From the NCBI GenBank assembly GCA_951406725.2, contig OX597832.1:42284001-42348000 (forward strand): DNA of 64,000 nucleotides, given 5' to 3'. Made by a program: the position numbers and the translations under genes. Below, piece after piece: positions 28,250-42,166 of this stretch. Below the pieces are notes generated by a model. That model ran no database searches. It saw nothing but the letters and a program-made list of their open reading frames with translations, and had not been told where the DNA came from. Each line of letters opens with the position of its first letter. Position 1 is the first letter of the stretch. This stretch comes from Octopus vulgaris (taxonomy: Eukaryota).

Positions 28250-28659
28250 CACGCACGCACGCCTGCAAGCGTACCAGTTGGGGATATTTATGACGCATGG
28301 GCGGTGTATAATATGAAGGTTAGAGGTGTTATGACGAATTATTACTGCGTGACCATGGATGTTCCGGTAAAGCGGTTAATCCGTCAAAAGCTTTGGAAGC
28401 AAGGATACCGGAAAATCGGAGGCGTACCTGTACCATAAGAAAAGGAAATGGATGAAACGTACAATATGACGTAAATGAATTTGATAAAATTCTTCGTTTG
28501 TTGAGTGAAAAGCTAATAGTGAACAGTACTTGTATAGTGAAAGCGTATTTTTGCACTAAGCATCTGTCCCTTCTGTAAAGGGACAATACCAAAACCTGAA
28601 GTCTGCAAAGAAGATATATATGCCGGCAACTAAAGTGAAACACCGAATCATAAATATTA

Positions 28660-28708
28660 TCTCTCTCTCTCTCTCTCTGTCAGTCTGTCTGTCTTTCCAT
28701 CAATCTTC

Positions 28709-28750
<42 letters not shown>

Positions 28751-28763
28751 GTCTATCTGTCTA

Positions 28764-28835
<72 letters not shown>

Positions 28836-28903
28836 TCTGTCTGTCTGCGTTTCTGTCGATCTAACTGTCTGTCTGTCTGTCTACCTATCTATCTATCTAT
28901 CTA

Positions 28904-28992
<89 letters not shown>

Positions 28993-29025
28993 TTATCTAT
29001 CTATATATATATATATATACATACA
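28660..29025. repeat. (CT)n/(TCTG)n/(TCTA)n microsatellite
   Basis: Directly visible. Confidence 0.9.
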
Positions 29026-29239
29026 TACTCACACATTTTCTATTAAATTGTAGACAATTTTAATTCAGTTCTCCATCACAACTGTTAGACGAACGGGAAC
29101 TTGAAACTCTGAGTAACAATTCTGCGATAATTTTGCAGCTTGAATAAAAAGTATATTACTCTACCCATAGTATTCGAGTACTATTTTCCCCATTTTGCTT
29201 TGCACTTACGTGCTCACCTGTGTGTGTATGTGTGTGTGT

Positions 29240-29270
<31 letters not shown>

Positions 29271-29659
29271 CATATATATATATATATGTATATCTATATA
29301 TATATATATATGTATGTATATGTATGTATATGTATGTATATGTATGTATGTGTATGTATTTATATATGTATGTATGTATATGTATGTATATATATGTATA
29401 TATGTATGTATATATATATATGTATGTGTATATATGTATGTATATATATCTGTATATATATGTATATATATGTATGTATATGTATGTATGTATATACATG
29501 TATGTATATTTGTATGTATATATATATGTATGTATGTATATACATATGCATGTATATATATATATATATATACATACATGTGTGTGTCTGTCCCCCACCT
29601 TCAGTACGTGACAGCCGGTGTTGGAGTGTTTATATCCCCATAACTCAAAAATCCTTTGA

Positions 29660-29832
29660 CAAAATGCTTAGTGGCATATCGTCCATCTTCACGTTCTGAG
29701 TTCATATTCTGCCAAGTTCGACTTTGCCTTTCATCTCCTTTCGGGGTCGATAAAATAAGCGCCAGTTGAGTATTGAAGTCGACTTACTCCCCCACCCCTG
29801 AAATTGCTGGCCTTGTGCCAAAATTTGAAATC
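29660..29832 (+). mobile_element. SINE-B tail type 2, 5' truncated
   Basis: Core plus gaaattgctggccttgtgccaaaatttgaaa. Confidence 0.8.
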
Positions 29833-30040
29833 ATATTTACAGCTTTGGTATAGCGTCATCGACCCCACAACTTTATTACGGCACGATATTTTTATGAAGA
29901 TATTTATGGAAAATTCTGTTTTGAGATTATCCTACCTCGTTTTTGCATTCGTTTTGCAAGCTTTTTTTTTAAATGGGAATTTGTGTTAAAACAAATTTTC
30001 TTCTCTTAAGCGAGTCATTATGCCAATATTAATAACACGC

Positions 30041-30770
30041 TGTTTGTTCCTTCTGAAGCCACGCCTGGCTCATAGGGCCCGTTTCCCGGTTTCCTTTGGG
30101 TATAGGTACCCGACCTGGACGGGACGCCGGTCCGTCGCAGGTGAGCTGCAAGATGCAGGAGGAAAGAGTGCGAGAAAGTTGTGGCGAAAGAGTCAGCAGA
30201 AGTTCGCCTTTAAATTTTGGCGGAGCCGCGTGGAGCTTAGGTGTTTCTTATTTTTTTATTGCCCACAAGGGGCTAAACATAGGGGAGGGGGCAAACAAGG
30301 ACAGACAAAGGGATTAAGTCGAATACATCGACCCCAGTGCGTAACCGGTACTTAATTTATCGACCCCGAAAGGATGAAAGGCAAAGTCGACCTCGGTGGA
30401 ATTTGAACTCAGAAATTAACGGCAGACGAAATATCTATCTTTTTACTACCCACAAGGGACTAAACACAGAGAGGACAAAGACAGACAAACGGATTAAGTC
30501 GATTATATCGACCCCAGTGCGTAACTGGTACTTATTTAATCGACTCCGAAAGGATGAAAGGCAAAGTCGACCTCGACGGAATTTGAACTCAGAGAGTAAC
30601 GGCAGACGAAATACCGCTAAGCATTTCGCCCGGCGTGCTAACGTTTCTGCCAGCTCGCCACCTTGCGTGGAGCTTAGGTGTTTCGCTCATAAACACACGG
30701 TCTGAGATTCGAACCCGCGATCCCTCGACCGCGAGTCCGCTGCTCTAACAACTAGACCGTGTGCCTCCAC
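30041..30770 (-). mobile_element. SINE-D (tRNA-Arg-like head) interrupted by a SINE-B dimer
   Basis: Homologous to 55061-55368; 9-bp TSD aataacacg (30031-30039, 30774-30782). Confidence 0.88.
30248..30664 (-). mobile_element. SINE-B head-to-tail dimer
   Basis: 20-bp TSD gcgtggagcttaggtgtttc (30228-30247, 30665-30684). Confidence 0.92.
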
Positions 30771-31294
30771 ATCAATAACACGTGCACAGGTTCAATTCTG
30801 CTTCTTTATTATTAGTCAATTGGTTAAATTAATCAATCGTTTGTTTCACTTGTTAGTTAAACAGTGGGTCGTTTTTCTTTTGTGTTTGGTCAAAGTCCTT
30901 ACGTTGCCATTTGCATTCATGTCAATGACTTCGGTCTTCAGAGAATTTGTTTCAGAATATTTCAGGAAAAGACATACGTATCTGTATTGTTAAAACGTTT
31001 CCTGAAATACAATTAGATGTGTCAAAAAATAGGTTCGATTTCAACTAATGATATCCAAATACGGTAGGCGAAAAGGTTGGTTTTTGTAAAACAATGTACA
31101 GCAGCTATTGTCATGCTCTTGTTTTCTCCTATTGTATTATATCTGAGGAAGTGCGGTGGGAAAAATTAGGCTTAAAAATTCCGATGATGTGAAGAGAATT
31201 CTGAGAAAGACCGTCAAATCGAAAGCTGTTTGGGACATCATTTAACGTATTATGGCCAAGTATTTGATTCGCTTGTGCAATAGTTTCATTATCC

Positions 31295-31770
31295 TTTATC
31301 TTTCAGTCATTTCATCTTTCAGTTATTAGACTGCGGCCATACTGGAGCACAGTCTTGAAGAGTTTTAGTCGGACAAATTGACCCACCAGTAATATTTTCG
31401 TTTTAAGCCTGGTACTTATTTTATCAGCCTCTTTTCGAGGAACAGCTCAAGTTACGGGAATGTAAACACACCAACACCGGTAGTGTGGTGGTAGGTAGGA
31501 CACACACACACACACGCACACACACACACACACACACACATACACACACACACACATATACATATATATATATATGTGTGTGTGTGTCCCACCTACCACT
31601 ACACTACCGGTGTTGGTGTATTTACGTCTCCGTAGCTTGGTGTTTTGGCAAAAAACTGATAGAATAAGTACTAGACTTTAAAAAATAATGTCGACTAAAA
31701 CTCTTCACGACGGTGCCCCAGCATGGCCGCAGTCAAATGGCTGAAACAAGTAAAACATAGAAGATGAAAG
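31295..31770. repeat. Inverted pair of SINE-A 3' halves around a microsatellite
   Basis: 31462-31512 is a near-perfect reverse complement of 31575-31625. Confidence 0.85.
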
Positions 31771-32332
31771 ATGCTAAAGATGCTAAAGGGTTTCCAGAAA
31801 CTTTAAGGACCGTAAGTGAAGCAGTTTTTTTAATTTTTTCTAGATTTCTACAATTTCGAAAGCTAGAGACTACATTTTATAAAATAACTTGATTAAAGAA
31901 ATATCCTGGATCCGAAATTAGTTTTATTGAAGTGGGTGACTATGATAGATGGAAAAAATGGAGTTAAGTGATTTCCCGTCCAATCCCATTCGGAAGTAAA
32001 ATGTAGTTACACTTAAAGCCGACTTATAAGGAGTTCAAGAAGAATGGTCAAAAAACAATTGTGCGTAGAAATATTTGGAATGTGGACTCAGAAGGTAGGA
32101 TTACACTTCCGAAAACTTTAGAACTACAAGAATTCTTGTAAAAGCAAAAAGGCCAAAATTATACGTGAGTTTACGAGCGGAGCGTGTTTGGAAGCCAGTC
32201 GTGTGTGTGTGTGTGTGTGTGTGTGTAAATGTGTGTGTGTGTATAATATATATATGTAAATATATAATATATATGTACTATATATATATGTATATACATG
32301 TATATATATATACATACATACATACATACATA

Positions 32333-32738
32333 TACTCTTTTACATTTTTACTTGTTTCAGTCATTTGACTGCGGCCATGCTGGAGCACCGCCTTTAGTCG
32401 AGCAAATCGACCCCGGGACTTATTCTTTTGTAAGCCCAGTACTTATTCGATCGGTCTCTTTTTGCCGAACCGCTAAGTAACGGGGACATAAACACACCAG
32501 CATCGGTTGTCAAGCAATGCTAGGGGGACAAACACAGACACACAAACACACACACGCACATATAGATCTATATACATATATACGACGGGCTTCTTTCAGT
32601 TTCCGTCTACCAAATCCACTCACAAGGCTTTGGTCGGCCCGAGGCTATAGTAGAAGACACTTACCCAAGGTGCCACGCAGTGGGACTGAACCCGGAACCA
32701 TGTGGTTGGGTGCAAGCTACTTACCACACAGCCACTCC

Positions 32739-32741
<3 letters not shown>
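32333..32741 (-). mobile_element. SINE-A full length
   Basis: Colinear with consensus. Confidence 0.93.
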
Positions 32742-32807
<66 letters not shown>

Positions 32808-32814
32808 TATAAAA

Positions 32815-33066
32815 ATACAAAATGGGACAAGAACGCAAAACATTCAAATAGACGACACAAAAAACGGACGGATCATTCGAAGCCTCTAATCTTCAGTCAA
32901 GAGACCATGGGTTTGCACCTAGAGAGTTACCCTCTGAGGCACAAGTCTGGGCAAGGTTGTTTTTATGGGATCCGATCCAGCAGCCCCAAGGAAAACTAAG
33001 CTACGAGCATTAGATTTCTTGGAAACGGATCGAATGTATACGAAACAAGGACAGAAAAACGGACGA
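32815..33066 (-). mobile_element. Family F microsatellite-flanked element
   Basis: Reverse complement of 41640-41890 and 62520-62805; unrelated segment at ~32903-32970. Confidence 0.7.
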
Positions 33067-33074
33067 TATATACA

Positions 33075-33110
<36 letters not shown>

Positions 33111-33114
33111 TAGC

Positions 33115-33149
<35 letters not shown>

Positions 33150-33164
33150 ATATATATATAAGCC

Positions 33165-33553
33165 GGACAACATGCTTAGTGGCATTTTGTCCATATCCCT
33201 GTTCTGAGTTCAAATTCCGCCGAAGTCGATTTCACTTTTCATCCTACCGGAGTCGTTGAGTATTGGGGGTCGATGTAATCGACAACTCCCCCACCCCCCG
33301 AAATTGCTGGCCTTGTGCCAAAATTTGGAACCAATATTATTAGAGTCAGTTAAGGCGAAGAGCTGGTAGAATTGTTAGAACGCCGGACTACATGCTTAGG
33401 AGTATTTCGTCCGTCTCTACGTTCTGAGTTCAAATTCTGCCGATGTCGACTTTCAGGGTCGATAAAACGAGTACCAGTTGGACACTGGGGTCGATATAAT
33501 CAACTTATCCCGCCTCCTCTGAAATTGCTGGCCTTGTGCCAAAATTTGAAATC
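33165..33553 (+). mobile_element. Two tandem SINE-B copies, tail type 2
   Basis: Both end gaaattgctggccttgtgccaaaattt. Confidence 0.8.
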
Positions 33554-34709
33554 AGCGTTATTCAGGTTTTTACCACAAAAAGATTCATTGATTACTCGAC
33601 AGCTTCTAACATATTATTTCTACATCTTTTGAGTGTGGGAGAGTTGCATCTTTCCACATAAAATGATTCGATCCCGTCTTGTTTTCAGAAATTCTGTGCG
33701 TATTTAGTTCTACATTTATTCCTTATCCTTCCGTTTTTTTCCCCTTTTTTTCTCTTCTAGGCTGTAGCATCATTTCACGGGGATTTGGTTGCTATTTCTT
33801 GCAAGGGAAAAGCGGCAGCATATAGAGGTTCGACGTCCTTATGGAGTCGTGTTATTGTTGTTGTTGTTCATGTTGATGGCGATTGTTGTGGCGGCAATGT
33901 GTGTGTGTGAGTCAACCAGACAGCTTGCATTGTTTCATTGTTGCAGGTGTTGTAGTTGTTGTTGTTGTTTATGTCAGGTTGGGCATTGTGACGTCTGTGG
34001 TGATGGAGGTCGGTGGGTACGAAGGTGCAATGTTGACATGGAGAGGTTTAAATCTTGTCAAACTCTTTCTGACATTGGATTAACACACGCACACTAACAC
34101 ACACACAAACACATACACACACACAAACACACACACACACACACGTTCATTCACTATTTCTGTGCAGATAAACACACACATAGAGACAGATACTCACTCA
34201 CACATACTTTCTCTTCCTCTCTCCCACACGCACATACATATATACACACTCCCCCATACATCGATCCAGTTGTATATGTATTCATACATTTACATACACA
34301 CACACACACACAAGCACTCTCTCTCACTCTCTCACTTACACACACATACACACACGCTCACACACTAGCACAAACTGATACACCTATACATATAAATACA
34401 AGAATGCAAACGCATACATGCAGTACAGACATATCCATACACATACATAAATACATACATGCATACATACATATAAAGAGAGAGACATACACATACACAC
34501 TAACACACCAAATGACATACTTATCAACGCAAGAATACAAACGTACACAGACGCATTCACAGACACACACAAACATATATACACACATACACACATACAC
34601 ATACAAATATATACATATATAGATATATATATATTTATAAATATATTATATGTATATATATATATATATAAAAAAAATATATATACAATATATATATATA
34701 TATATTGTA

Positions 34710-35080
34710 TAGGCGTAGGAGTGGCTGTGTGGTAAGTTGCTTGCTTACGAGCCACATGGTTCCGGGTTCAGTCACACTGCATGGCACGTTGGGCAAGTGT
34801 CTTGACCAATGCCTTGTGAGTGGATTTGGTAGACGGAAACTGAAAGAAGCCCGTCGTATATATGTATATGTATATGTATATATATATATATGTATGTGCT
34901 TGACAACCGATGCTGGTGTGTCCCCGTCACTTAGCGGTTCGGCAAAAGGAGCCCGATAGAATAAGTACTGGGCTTACAAAGAATAAGTCCTGGGATCGAG
35001 TTGCTCGACTAAAGGCGGTGCTCCAGCATGGCCGCAGTCAAATGACTGAAACAAGTAAAAGAGTAAAAAGAGAGTAAAGA
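34710..35080 (+). mobile_element. SINE-A with small deletions
   Basis: Colinear with consensus. Confidence 0.9.
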
Positions 35081-35404
35081 GTATATATATATATATATAC
35101 ACGAACAGGCACCCACCTTCCTACGGGTACCAGAAATTGACGGACATTAACACCAGGACAAACACAAACTGTCACGCACACACGGACACCAATGCTTACA
35201 CAATCCCTCGTTCTCACAATATACATTTGTACATATGGAACTATCGTAGACACACACACACACACAGATACATACACACACACACACACACACACAGAGG
35301 CATACACACACACACACTATCGTTTGTACATAGTCTTGTTTTGACATTTATGCACATATGTAGATGCATCAATAAGCACACGAGAACTTACACACTCATG
35401 GACT

Positions 35405-35436
<32 letters not shown>

Positions 35437-35621
35437 CACACACATATATGCACATAGAAAAGCCTACGTACCTAGATAGACTTATGCAGACAGATACCGC
35501 AACAAGAGAAGAGAAAGCGAAAAAAACCCAACATGTAGATACATGTACTGGGCCGTACGGGTATACACGCTTCAGGAACAATCACTCACTGACACGGACA
35601 CACACACACACACATGTATGG

Positions 35622-35661
<40 letters not shown>

Positions 35662-35760
35662 CATATACTAGTACATGCGCTTTTGCATATGCAGACACCA
35701 ATAACCACAGTCAGGACAAGATATGTAACAAAGAGAAACAGGCTCACACACGCACACACA

Positions 35761-35794
<34 letters not shown>

Positions 35795-36025
35795 GACACC
35801 TCGCGCACACAGACAGACAGACGGACATACAGACACGCAATTGAATTAATGTGAGGGAGTGCAAGGGTCCGGCTGAAACGGAAAGGATGTGAATGTCGGG
35901 GGGACAAAAATCGATTTGACGTCTGTTATTGTTCTTGTTGCTGGTAGTGTTATAATCCGCAACAAACCCGACCTGGCAGGTTTCTATGCGTGTGTGTGTG
36001 TGTGTCTGAGTACATATATGTATGC

Positions 36026-36085
<60 letters not shown>

Positions 36086-36093
36086 TGTGTGTG

Positions 36094-36151
<58 letters not shown>

Positions 36152-36169
36152 CATATGAATCTATCTCTA

Positions 36170-36204
<35 letters not shown>

Positions 36205-36214
36205 ATATGTATCA

Positions 36215-36279
<65 letters not shown>

Positions 36280-36294
36280 CATACACACACACAC

Positions 36295-36353
<59 letters not shown>

Positions 36354-36680
36354 TGTACCCTCGTATATCTGTATGCCTGATGTATGCATTTACGTATGTG
36401 TTTTTGTATGAATATATGTGCACTATACAAGTATGCGTGTGTCTGTGTGTATGAGAATGTGTATGTGAGTGTATGCATGTGTGTGTGCGTGTGTGTGCGT
36501 GTGTGTATGTGTGTGTGTACGTGTATACGACTATGACTATGTATCCGTGTATCTGTGTATGTCACAATGACCTGTTCTGATTTCTTTCTCGGATTCTCAT
36601 GTCAAAGTGACATACCAGACCGCGTATGTGTGTGTGTGTGTCTGTGTGTGTGTGTGTGTGTGTGCATGTATGTGTGTATG

Positions 36681-36732
<52 letters not shown>

Positions 36733-36894
36733 GTGTGTTGTTAAGAAAGGGGGTGAAATTTGGAAAGGCGAGTAGGTGGATAGGGCATTGCGCCGTTCAC
36801 TGGGATATGGGTGATCCTAAAGTCAACCCAGCAAACACTCACTCTCTCACTAACCCTCTGCTAAGGTCACTCCCGCTCCCACGGTCAATGATGC

Positions 36895-37067
36895 TGCCAC
36901 CGCCACCACTACCACCGCCACCACTACCACCGCAATCAGCAGCAGCAGCAGCAGCATCACTACCGCCACCACCACCACCATAATCAATAACAACAACACC
37001 ATTCCCACCATCACCACCACTAGCACCAGCACCAGCACTACCCCGCCACCCTACCACTGCCGCCACC

Positions 37068-37098
<31 letters not shown>

Positions 37099-37339
37099 GT
37101 ACCACCACCACCAACAACAACAACAACAACACCGCCACCAAAACCACCACCACCACCACCACCACCATCACCACTACCACCACCAGTATCACCCTACCAC
37201 TGCCGCCACCACCACCACCACCAACAACAACAGTACCACCACCACCAACAACAACAACAACAACAACACCACCACCAAAACCACCACCACCACCACCACC
37301 ACCACCACTACCACCACCAGTATCACCACCACCACCACC

Positions 37340-37400
<61 letters not shown>

Positions 37401-37673
37401 ATACTACTACTACTACTACCGTTACTACAAATGTAACCTCTTAACAGTATTACATGCACGCAGCTTCTACTACTACCTCCACCAGTACCACCACCACTAC
37501 CACCACCACCACCACCACCACCACCACCACCACCACACCACTGCGATCAATATAGTCGCTACTACCACCACTATCACCATCACACACACACACACACGCA
37601 CACACACACACATACACATACATCTTAAATGATCATCAATATAGCAAAGAAGGTCACAAGGAATTTAAGCACC

Positions 37674-37705
<32 letters not shown>

Positions 37706-38553
37706 CAACAACCACACAACCATCTCCATTAGTCAATGAGGGAGTCTGTGTGATCATTCCAGACAGGAAATAACAACCAAATATCCTTCAAATCGTTTTT
37801 TGGGAATGATATTAATAACTGAACGGTGTTGTCCTAGGTTTGTTGTTACATTGGGAAAGGCTTGAATGCCTTTCACTATAAACCCTTTTTTTTTTTTTTT
37901 TAGTCCTGGGGAGTCCTGGGGTTGATTTGGGCCTAAACACAAGCAACAACAACGACAGCAACATATAGCAACGTCCCTATCGTCACCATCCCCACCATCA
38001 CAACCACAGCTAAAATGGTAACCAACCTCGCTAACACGGTCACGGGGATCTCAAACACCACCACCAACAACAACAACACCAACCACCACCACCACCACCA
38101 CCACCACCACCGCCGACACCACCACCGCCGACACCACCACCGCCACCGCCACCGCCGCCACCACAACCGCCGCCGCCACCACCACCACCACCATCAGCCG
38201 TTCAAGAATTTGGACCATGGAGATTTCCATCTCCAGCGACTTCGAGGGCCACCTCCCAGTGGTGTCGGGCGTCAACGAAGAGCCCTCGACTACAACAAGA
38301 CGACCAAAGTTTGTTTGTTTCTTCCAAGGTCTGGGGTCTCCTGCCCCTAAGCCCTAGACCATCACCTAATCACCCTTACTCGTCTTGTTGCTTAACAACC
38401 ATCACAACCACCACTACCACCACCACCACTACCACCACCACCACCACCACCACCACCACACCATCATCATCGTCATCATCGTCATCATCATCATCATCGT
38501 CATCATCATCATCATCGTCGTCATCATCATCGTCATCATCATCATCATCATCG

Positions 38554-38591
<38 letters not shown>

Positions 38592-38625
38592 GTTGTCGTC
38601 ATCGTTGTCGTCGTCGTAGTCATCG
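36895..38625. repeat. Mixed (ACC)/(AAC)/(ACT)/(ATC) trinucleotide low-complexity region with unique islands
   Basis: Directly visible. Confidence 0.85.
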
Positions 38626-38860
38626 CCGCCACCATTGTTACGGTCTTCTTTACCGCTATCGTCACCGCCACCATGACCATCACCATTATCTCCACGATAT
38701 TCGCCACTAACATTTATGATTCTCCATTGCAGATCCATCGATGATGATGATGAAGATGGGGATTTTTAAAGAAGAGGAAGAAAAAGAGAAGGAAAGTAAG
38801 AACTACAACACGAATTATCTTTTAAAAAAATGCGAAAATACGCTGATGATATGGGCTGAC

Positions 38861-38974
38861 CTGAGTATGTAGTTGGTATGATTCTGTCTGATTTTGGAGG
38901 GACGATTTAGAAGCCATCCGGTCGACGATGTCTTTGAAACACCTGATCAACGAATTGATCACAGTTTTGTCGTA
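38861..38974 (-). other. Candidate exon, 114 nt, open frame YDKTVINSLIRCFKDIVDRMASKSSLQNQTESYQLHTQ
   Basis: ttatagttcag| acceptor, CAG|GTCAGC donor, stop-free frame; weak pyrimidine tract. Confidence 0.3.
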
Positions 38975-39746
38975 CTGAACTATAAATGTCTCGTGTGAGT
39001 TTAACCTCTTCTGTCAGGGTAAAGTATGCTCTATAGAGCGGAGAGAGAGAGAGAGAGAGAGAGAGTGAGAGTGAGAGTGAGAGAGAGAGAGAGAGAAAGA
39101 GAGAGGGAGAGAGATAGAGAAAGAGAGAGAAGGAAAGAGAGGGGTAGAGATGGAGAGAGGGATAGATAGGGGAAGTAGAGAAAGAGAGAGGGAGAGAGAG
39201 AAAGAAAGGGGTAGAAAGGGAGAGAGGGATGGAGAGGGGAAATAGGGAAAAAAGAGAGGGAGAGAGAGAAAGAGAGGGATAGAGAGGAGAAATAGAGAAA
39301 AAAAGAAAGACGGAGAGGGAGAGAGTGAAAGAGAGAGGGAGAAAGAAACAGAGAGAGGGAGACAGAAAGAGACAAAGAGAGACAGAGGGAGAGAGAGAGC
39401 TAGAGAGAGAGAGAAAGAGGTGGGGGTAACAAAAGGGAGAAATGGTAGAAGACGGGAATACAGTTACAACTGTAAAGTCACCGAAAACTGTGTCGTAAAA
39501 CTCGATTATACTACATCAATGGCAAAATGCAAGATGCCTTTCAATCTACCCGGCAACGAAATCTTAGAGGCAGATCTCAAATCAGAGATAAACTTCAGGG
39601 AGTAAAAAACAAAAAGAAAGACAAGATGACATTTTGTCAGTATTATAAAGAAGACAATACCGAGAATGTCAACAGTCTGAACCGTTCTAGGCAGTCGTCA
39701 CATTGACGTTGCAGGGATGGGTCGGAAAGCCTTGTTTCTAGAAAGA

Positions 39747-39985
39747 AGGCGGCGAGCTGGCAGAAATGTTAGCACGCCGGACGAAATGCTTTGTGGTATT
39801 TCGTCTGCCGTTATGTTCTGAGTTCAAATTCCATCGAGGTCGACTTTGCCTTTCATCCTTTCGGGGTCCATAAATTAAGTACCAGTTACGCACTGGGGTC
39901 GATATGATCGACTTAATCCCTTTGTCTGTGCTTGTTTGTCCCCTCTGTGTTTAGCCCCTTGTGGGCAATAAAGAAATAAGTATTT
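39747..39985 (+). mobile_element. SINE-B full length, tail type 1
   Basis: Colinear with 21778-22011. Confidence 0.92.
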
Positions 39986-40072
39986 CTACAAGGAGTCGCG
40001 TTGTGGAACTGAACCCGAAACCACGTGGTTGTAAAGCGAGCTTCTTAACCACACAGCTATGCCATATATATA

Positions 40073-40135
<63 letters not shown>

Positions 40136-40140
40136 ATGTG

Positions 40141-40175
<35 letters not shown>

Positions 40176-40208
40176 ATATGTATGTATATATATATATATA
40201 TATGTATA

Positions 40209-40251
<43 letters not shown>

Positions 40252-40283
40252 GTATATATATGTATATATATATATATATATAT

Positions 40284-40315
<32 letters not shown>

Positions 40316-40353
40316 TATATATATATATATGTATGTGTGCGTATATATATATG

Positions 40354-40384
<31 letters not shown>

Positions 40385-40404
40385 GTAAATATATATAGAT
40401 ATAC

Positions 40405-40595
40405 AAACATTGTACAAAAAATTAAAAAAACAAGCAGCAAAAAAAAACAGACAACAAACAAGGTATATTAATTTGACGCTTAGTAAAATGGAAGAAGTTT
40501 TTGACGTTTCGAGCCTACGCTCTTCTACACAAAGGAGCGAGAAGAAACAAACGGAGGGAGAGAGGGGGGAAAACGAAGTGAAAACAGAAAACGTG

Positions 40596-40598
<3 letters not shown>
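40405..40598 (-). mobile_element. E2 short PLE-terminus-like element with a hammerhead-like motif at 40499-40533
   Basis: TTT-GTGTAGA-A-GAGC gtag GCTC-GAAA-CG-TC-AAA; related to 51175-51400; flanked by (TA)n and (CA)n. Confidence 0.65.
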
Positions 40599-40630
<32 letters not shown>

Positions 40631-40962
40631 CAATGCATACACGTATGTACATTTACAAGTGCGTGCGTGTGTGTATTGCTGTGGTTAAGAGTGTCCTATA
40701 TAAAGAACCAGCAAGTCATGTCATCAGTAGAGACTTAATAAAAGAACAAATATACTAGTGACATTTATGACACGAGTTATTAAAATTTGGTGAAAATTTC
40801 TAAATATATTCGGCGCTCCCACGTTAAGTGGTAGCAAAGTCAAAAGTGCTTTCGAGAAACAACGCAGAAGCAATATCCGAAGCTGTAAATAGAGGCATTT
40901 ATTAAAATACATCTAGAAATTACTTCTCATAGTAATATGTGAGTGCTGGAGAAAACTTAACG

Positions 40963-41048
<86 letters not shown>

Positions 41049-41129
41049 GCCTATCTGTCTGCCTGTATCTGCCTGCCCGTCTGTCTCTGTGTGAGTATAT
41101 ATATACCTCTGTATGTATATATATATATA

Positions 41130-41188
<59 letters not shown>

Positions 41189-41212
41189 GTATATGAATGT
41201 ATGTATATATAT

Positions 41213-41418
41213 AAAGTTAATCCAAACATGAAAACACAAAGAGAAAACACAGCAACGCGAGGACGTGGAACAAATATAGTATTATTGGACGCTGAGGAAG
41301 GAAGGGAAGAAGGAGTGTTTAACGTTTCGAGTGGAGCTCTTCGTCGGAAACATAGGAAAAGGAAAGATCCAGAGAAGGGAAGACAGAGGGAAAAAAATCG
41401 CAAACGGTACACACACGG

Positions 41419-41420
<2 letters not shown>
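41213..41420 (-). mobile_element. E1 element in (TA)n, hammerhead motif at 41317-41351
   Basis: GTTT-CCGACGA-A-GAG ctcca CTC-GAAA-CG-TT-AAAC. Confidence 0.8.
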
Positions 41421-41483
<63 letters not shown>

Positions 41484-41514
41484 CACACATATATATATGT
41501 ATATATGCTACTAA

Positions 41515-41620
41515 TATAGGAGGAAGTTTTTTTACAGAAAAAAATTTCATCAAAAAAGTGGCAGCATATTAAAATACCTTTAAAGGTTAAAATTATAAAC
41601 AACTTATAAACAATTTATTT
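41515..41620. mobile_element. Family H short TA-adjacent repeat
   Basis: atacctttaaaggttaaa core recurs inverted at ~53460-53570. Confidence 0.6.
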
Positions 41621-41639
41621 TTATTCTATTCTATTCGTG

Positions 41640-41890
41640 TAACATTGTCCGTTTTTTCCCCGTCCTTGTTTTTGTATACATTCAATGCTTTTTTCTAAGG
41701 AATCTAATACTCTTAGCTTAGTTTTTTCCTTGGGGCTGGCCAGATTGGAGCAATCTCAAAAGTATAATCAGCCGAAATTGTGAAGATAATCTGGTACTTG
41801 ACTGAGGAAAGAAAACTTCGAATGACCCGTCCTTGTTTTCTTTGTATCATCTATCTGGATGTTTTGCGTTCTTGTCCCATTTTGTGTTTA
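41640..41890 (+). mobile_element. Family F element
   Basis: Three copies in the window. Confidence 0.75.
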
Positions 41891-41898
41891 TACACACC

Positions 41899-41935
<37 letters not shown>

Positions 41936-42066
41936 TAAATATGAATTAAAGATAAAATAGAGATAAAATTAGAGTTTTATCTCTAATTCATATCTAATAT
42001 TTATACTGTGAAATTTGATTTAATACCAAATTGAATTTTTCCCTGTAACTTTAGAGCTCTACTCCC

Positions 42067-42166
<100 letters not shown>

